Virus record (IMG/VR): IMGVR_UViG_3300030329_006380
Span: 64,001 to 128,000 of that record
DNA length: 64,000 nucleotides
Reading direction: 5' to 3' (one strand)
Source: a virus
Each line of letters starts with the position of its first letter. Positions within the stretch are counted from its first letter, which is position 1. Position numbers and translations under genes: made by a program. Shown piece by piece: positions 59,715 through 64,000 of the stretch. Under the pieces are notes generated by a model that saw nothing but the letters and a program-made list of their open reading frames with translations, was not told the DNA's origin and ran no database searches.

Positions 59715-60986
59715 TTATACCTCTGAGAGTTCTGCAAATAGCTTGTCTATCTCTTCATCCCTCTCTAGCTGATCACCCATGATAGCTTCGACCATCTTCT
59801 TGTTGATCTTTTGCACCTCAAAGGCCTCTAGAGTATAATCCTTTAGTTTCTCAGCCTGCTTCTCATACATCCCCAAATTTTTATATACATCGCGCATTTT
59901 CATCTTTGCGCTGCCCTCCCTAGGATAACACCACATTGAACCCTTCTCTAGGACACCCTTCCAAACTGCTTTTTTAGGTATTGGTTTAATATCATAAGAC
60001 ACGCTGGCGAAGAAGGGGCGCTTCTTCTTTTTCCCATTCTTCTTAACAGTGTCCATAAAGAGGAAATCATTTTGACCGCTCCACTCGGTAGTCACCACAG
60101 GTAAGCCATGATACACTGCCTCAAAAATCGGCAACCCATAACCCTCGCCATGACTTAAAGATATTAAAGCTTTGATTTTTTCATGATTATATAGATATGA
60201 CATTTGACCCTCTGAAAGGGAGCCATGAAGTAGATGTACCTTGCACTTTCTCTTGCTATATTCTTCATTCGCCAATAAATTTTTAATCTTTTCTCTAAAG
60301 TGGTAATAATCCATCAAAGAATTGCTTGCAATATTACATTTAAGCACTAATCCCACCTCTTGATCGATAAATTCTTCAACAAACCACTTAATAGTGTTCT
60401 CTAAGTTTTTACGAGGGGACCATTGGGCTACTACTAGAAAATTAAAATCATACTCCAGATCAATCGTCACCTCCTCTGGTTCAAAAAATCGCACTGGGTA
60501 TCCAACGACCTCTATAGGGGTGTTGCATTTGAAATTAGGAATCGTCTGGCCGGTTTGAGGGTCTCTCGCTTCATAAGAAGTTGATTCATAAACATTCTTT
60601 GCATGATTCGAAACAACTATAATCTTGTCCATGCCCATGGATTTCTCAATCCACTGTGGAGCGACTTTTGTTGTCTCGATGCCCGCGGTGTATCCAATAT
60701 TAATTGGTGCTAGGCGCTCCCATTCGTTAGGTATTGTCACTTGAAGAGATATATCGAAATGCTTTGAATTCTGCATGTACACAGCCGTTTTCTGAATTAA
60801 GTGATCAATCCATTGTCTCTCTTCAGTGTCTCTCCATTGCCAACTGGTGCGGCCCCAATTTAAAGTATGTACATATATATCAAAAATCTCTTCATGTTCT
60901 CGGAGGGCCCGCAAAGCAAATCTGGCCTGCTCACCATACCCACTCTGACTTAATATGGGTCCTCTCACTAATATCTTTTTTCTCAC
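59715..60986 (-). CDS. GT4-like glycosyltransferase
   Basis: GPILSQSGYG, RKN and EGYGLPIFEA. Confidence 0.85.
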   Translation of the reverse strand: MRKKILVRGPILSQSGYGEQARFALRALREHEEIFDIYVHTLNWGRTSWQWRDTEERQWIDHLIQKTAVYMQNSKHFDISLQVTIPNEWERLAPINIGYTAGIETTKVAPQWIEKSMGMDKIIVVSNHAKNVYESTSYEARDPQTGQTIPNFKCNTPIEVVGYPVRFFEPEEVTIDLEYDFNFLVVAQWSPRKNLENTIKWFVEEFIDQEVGLVLKCNIASNSLMDYYHFREKIKNLLANEEYSKRKCKVHLLHGSLSEGQMSYLYNHEKIKALISLSHGEGYGLPIFEAVYHGLPVVTTEWSGQNDFLFMDTVKKNGKKKKRPFFASVSYDIKPIPKKAVWKGVLEKGSMWCYPREGSAKMKMRDVYKNLGMYEKQAEKLKDYTLEAFEVQKINKKMVEAIMGDQLERDEEIDKLFAELSEV

Positions 60987-60994
60987 AGTATCTC

Positions 60995-62257
60995 CTATAA
61001 TGTTGTGTAGCGATATGATTTATAATTTTCCCTAGAGTCCCAAGAACCATGGGTTTCATGTACTCGAATCAAAAGATTCTCCCAAGATTTTGCATACTTA
61101 TCATATCCATATTCACGGAGCACATGTTGTCTTCCCTTTTCCCCCATTTCTTCGCGCTGTTCCTTCGTCATATTGAAGAAATCAAGCAATGCGTCAATAA
61201 AATCTTCCTTGTTGAGGCGATCTTCGTAAATCCATGGAACTTCTTGCGATCCTATCACAGCTTTCGAGCTAGGTTCGAGGCCTATCCCATACCACTCTTT
61301 ACCATTCGTAACTTGTTGCTGTAATCCGCCGGTCATATTCACTATAATGGGTGTACCAGCAAAAAGAGATTCCAGTGTGGATAACCCAAACCCCTCAGCA
61401 TCAGCAATATTAATTGTACAATCAGCAGCATTATAAATCATATTTAATGCTGCTGGTGGAAGTTTTTCCATGGATAATAAAACTTGCCCTTTGTTCATCC
61501 CTAATTCATGAATTATCGCATGTAAAGATTGACCATGCTGGTCATTGGGATCAGTGTGCATTAAGAGCATTGCTTTATCATGGCCAACTTTGTCTAAAAA
61601 TTCTTTAAACCAAAATATCAAAGTTCCAGACTGCTTTCGCCTAGCATTTCTATTGTTCCAGAAAAACACTAGTTTATCCTCTCCCTTTCCATGGAAAAAA
61701 TTTTCTTTTCGAAATTCTTGTATCTCTTCTTTCGAAAGTTTTTTGAATTCTTGGTCATTGGCCGTATGAGGTATATATTCAACATCAACAGAGGGCGACA
61801 CATTTCGTACAATATCGTCTGTGACTTTAGATATCGTCACTACCATATCATTTGATTCATAAAATGGCGCATTAAATTTAGGATATGGGTAGTTATCCCA
61901 TACATGATAATAAACCATAGGGCATAATGGCCGTATCTCATCTGAGATTTCCCATAGCCATGCCCAAAATCGAGGATCTGTCATAAACCACAACATATCC
62001 GGACGATGAATTCGGAGCATCGATCGAACCAGATCTGCGTTCCCATATCCATCAACTGGGTGGATTAATAGATCATCTCCCCATTTATCTGTTTTTTGTG
62101 GTGAATAATTCTCATGTTTCATTGCCCCCGCAATGCACACAAAGGAAAACTTACCGGTACCCAATAAGTGTTCAATCATATATCTCGTCTGAGTTCCCAC
62201 TCCAGAGGGGGCAAACGGGTGGTCACTCAACACAAGTACCTTAATTTTTTTGGACAT
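60995..62257 (-). CDS. GT4-like glycosyltransferase
   Basis: SGVGTQ, PHT, RNARRK and EGFGLSTLES. Confidence 0.88.
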   Translation of the reverse strand: MSKKIKVLVLSDHPFAPSGVGTQTRYMIEHLLGTGKFSFVCIAGAMKHENYSPQKTDKWGDDLLIHPVDGYGNADLVRSMLRIHRPDMLWFMTDPRFWAWLWEISDEIRPLCPMVYYHVWDNYPYPKFNAPFYESNDMVVTISKVTDDIVRNVSPSVDVEYIPHTANDQEFKKLSKEEIQEFRKENFFHGKGEDKLVFFWNNRNARRKQSGTLIFWFKEFLDKVGHDKAMLLMHTDPNDQHGQSLHAIIHELGMNKGQVLLSMEKLPPAALNMIYNAADCTINIADAEGFGLSTLESLFAGTPIIVNMTGGLQQQVTNGKEWYGIGLEPSSKAVIGSQEVPWIYEDRLNKEDFIDALLDFFNMTKEQREEMGEKGRQHVLREYGYDKYAKSWENLLIRVHETHGSWDSRENYKSYRYTTL

Positions 62258-62260
62258 GTT

Positions 62261-63028
62261 TCACCTAGGGCAGTGCGAGGTTCTATAAAACTCGCAATTT
62301 TCACACTTAAGTTTGTTTTTGATAAAATTTTTATTTTTTATATTATAGACTGCTTTCTTAACTTTGTCAAGAGAATTCTTAACTCTCTTGGGTCCACTAG
62401 TAACCCGAAGAAACTCAACTTTATCTTTCTTGGCGGTCCTCTTAAGAAGAGCAAAATACGTTTCAATATCTTTCATATCTATATTATATTTCTTAGCATA
62501 ATAATTTTTATATAAAACAATCTGGTAGATGACCATAGGATCTGCCTTTTTTCGCGAGTCCCAGCCCCACGAACATGTCTTCCAATCGATTATATGATAT
62601 TTCTGATCGGGTGTTCTGATTATTAAATCGATAAATCCCTTGAAGATATAATCTACATCTTCCATCTTCTCATACAACCTTTCCTCAACGCCAATAACCT
62701 CGAAGACACCAAAATGTTTCTTTAATTCCGGTATCGCTAATGAAACTAACGTGGTGCCCTGCTTCAAGAATTCAACAAACCGCTCCTCTTCAACCTCTTC
62801 TGGTATTTTGTTGATCTCTCGTAAAAAAGATTCACAAAAATAATCTTGCATATCCGCCTGTTTAATCTCCTTCAGGAGATTTTTTTCGCAAGATTCATGC
62901 AGAGCGGAACCAAATGCTGTAAATATATTCCCCTTGAAGGGTCTGAGGCCATCTAAATTTACTAATTTATGATAAAATGGACAGAAATCCCAATTTTTTA
63001 ACTCAGAAAAAGATATATGTTTTTTCAT
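62261..63028 (-). CDS. PD-(D/E)XK nuclease, Cas4/RecB/AddB-like
   Basis: HISFS...CPF, GSALH, GFIDL...IIDWKT, QIVLY and C-terminal CENC...C (1+3 Cys). Confidence 0.85.
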   Translation of the reverse strand: MKKHISFSELKNWDFCPFYHKLVNLDGLRPFKGNIFTAFGSALHESCEKNLLKEIKQADMQDYFCESFLREINKIPEEVEEERFVEFLKQGTTLVSLAIPELKKHFGVFEVIGVEERLYEKMEDVDYIFKGFIDLIIRTPDQKYHIIDWKTCSWGWDSRKKADPMVIYQIVLYKNYYAKKYNIDMKDIETYFALLKRTAKKDKVEFLRVTSGPKRVKNSLDKVKKAVYNIKNKNFIKNKLKCENCEFYRTSHCPR

Positions 63029-63342
63029 ACTTCCTCGGTGGAAGCGACCGTTGTTTTCTTTTTGCGGCTGCGAGTGGCCTTCTGTTTCACGGGAGGAGGT
63101 GATGGAGCTAGCTTCTTTAATCTACATTTAAACGCCTTAATTCTTATGTCCTCTCGATAATTTCCCATAGGTGCCAAATTTTCGACTTTAAGTACCTCTT
63201 TTATATTGTCGCGAATAAAACTTTCCACTTCGTGAGGGGTGGACTTTAAAGTGAGACCATCTACTGATTCCTTAGTGGGTAACTCTAGTGTCACCTCCAG
63301 AAATTCAGTTCCGGAGCCCTCCTTTTTGATAATTTTAAGCAT
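63025..63342 (-). CDS. Hypothetical protein (105 aa), basic C-terminal tail
   Basis: ORF coupled to both neighbours. Confidence 0.6.
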   Translation of the reverse strand: MLKIIKKEGSGTEFLEVTLELPTKESVDGLTLKSTPHEVESFIRDNIKEVLKVENLAPMGNYREDIRIKAFKCRLKKLAPSPPPVKQKATRSRKKKTTVASTEEV

Positions 63343-63994
63343 TTCCTAATTTCTCCTCTAAAAATTTTATTTTTTTGTACAGTACTGGACAAAGCAACTG
63401 TATATAGGGTCTCTCACCATATTTCGTAAAATACTCTTCAAAACCAACGGCGAAATATTCGCGAATTGACGTGACAGAATAAGGCCCAATAAACAATCCG
63501 GTAGTAAAATTTGTCAACTTTTCATATCCGATTTCTTTGTACAAAAGGTTATCAAAGTCTACGGAGTATTCCAACTCCATAAACTCATCTGTTGGTATAT
63601 TATATCCATGTGCAGTCAAAATGTCAAGTAATTTATTTCTTTTTCCTAAAAATTCTGCTCTTATGTAGCCATCTCCGTAAATTTCCTCTGAATATCGCTC
63701 CTCAATCATGTGAGCGATCTCATGAACAATATCATCAATAAGGTCAGCGTCACTATCTTGATCATTGGTGATATGGAGGGTACCATTCTCATAAAAAGCG
63801 TTAACCTGTTTATTTTCGAACTCCTCGGAGTAACCAATAATTATAGACTCTAAGCCCAAAAAGAAATTATCCGGCAACATTTTCCGGATTTTTGTAAATA
63901 TGTCAATAAAATCGATGCCCACAGGAAGGGGGTCTTTAATTTGGACTTGAACTTTTCCGCCCAATACGCTAAAACTCCCTGCGTTTCGCTTCAT
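63335..63994 (-). CDS. Zincin-like metallopeptidase; may start beyond the window edge
   Basis: HEIAH (HExxH) plus downstream REYFAVGFEEY. The frame stays open to position 64000. Confidence 0.65.
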   Translation of the reverse strand: MKRNAGSFSVLGGKVQVQIKDPLPVGIDFIDIFTKIRKMLPDNFFLGLESIIIGYSEEFENKQVNAFYENGTLHITNDQDSDADLIDDIVHEIAHMIEERYSEEIYGDGYIRAEFLGKRNKLLDILTAHGYNIPTDEFMELEYSVDFDNLLYKEIGYEKLTNFTTGLFIGPYSVTSIREYFAVGFEEYFTKYGERPYIQLLCPVLYKKIKFLEEKLGNA

Positions 63995-64000
63995 CCGCGA

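Larger units (their letters stand above)
1..64000 (-). mobile_element. Segment of a large myovirus-type (contractile-tailed) bacteriophage genome
   Basis: Contains terminase large subunit, gp25/gp6/gp7-like baseplate genes, gp5-like hub genes, phage sigma factor, primase and RuvC. All real genes lie on one strand with tight overlaps and Shine-Dalgarno sites. No cellular housekeeping genes. Confidence 0.93.

Noticed and set aside
62261-63028. CRISPR-Cas locus suggested by the Cas4-like gene
   Set aside because: No cas1, cas2 or effector genes and no repeat-spacer array seen.
1-64000. Eukaryotic giant virus (Mre11-Rad50 fusion, FkbM and glycosyltransferase genes)
   Set aside because: Shine-Dalgarno sites, coupled operons, sigma factor, T4-type terminase and baseplate, and peptidoglycan hydrolases indicate a bacteriophage.
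1-64000. Stop-codon reassignment as in some large phages
   Set aside because: Code-11 ORFs tile the window almost without gaps, and TAA, TAG and TGA all serve as gene ends.

Overview
The whole window is a gene-dense piece of a large contractile-tailed phage genome. About 51 co-oriented minus-strand CDSs follow each other with ATGA/TAATG overlaps and GGAG-type Shine-Dalgarno sites, in the standard bacterial code. I saw no tRNA, rRNA, CRISPR array, integrase or transposase. In transcription order (right to left): (1) a zincin, a hypothetical and a Cas4-like nuclease; (2) a ~14 kb glycan island with five glycosyltransferases, three methyltransferases, an epimerase, and an apparently complete 2-aminoethylphosphonate (AEP) route (PEP mutase family, split phosphonopyruvate decarboxylase, AEP transaminase, cytidylyltransferase, two LicD transferases); (3) a phage sigma factor; (4) three paralogous T4 gp5-like OB-fold proteins, each with a different peptidoglycan hydrolase (amidase, M15 peptidase, SleB-like), then a spike-like gene; (5) baseplate and virion genes (gp25-, gp6- and gp7-like, two ~2,900-aa proteins); (6) RuvC, primase, an FGE-sulfatase-fold protein and a single-chain Mre11-Rad50; (7) membrane/lysis-like genes and the 5' end of the large terminase. 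The two most notable signals are the phage-encoded phosphonate-glycan pathway and the three-enzyme baseplate hub. All assignments come from reading motifs by eye; no database searches were run.
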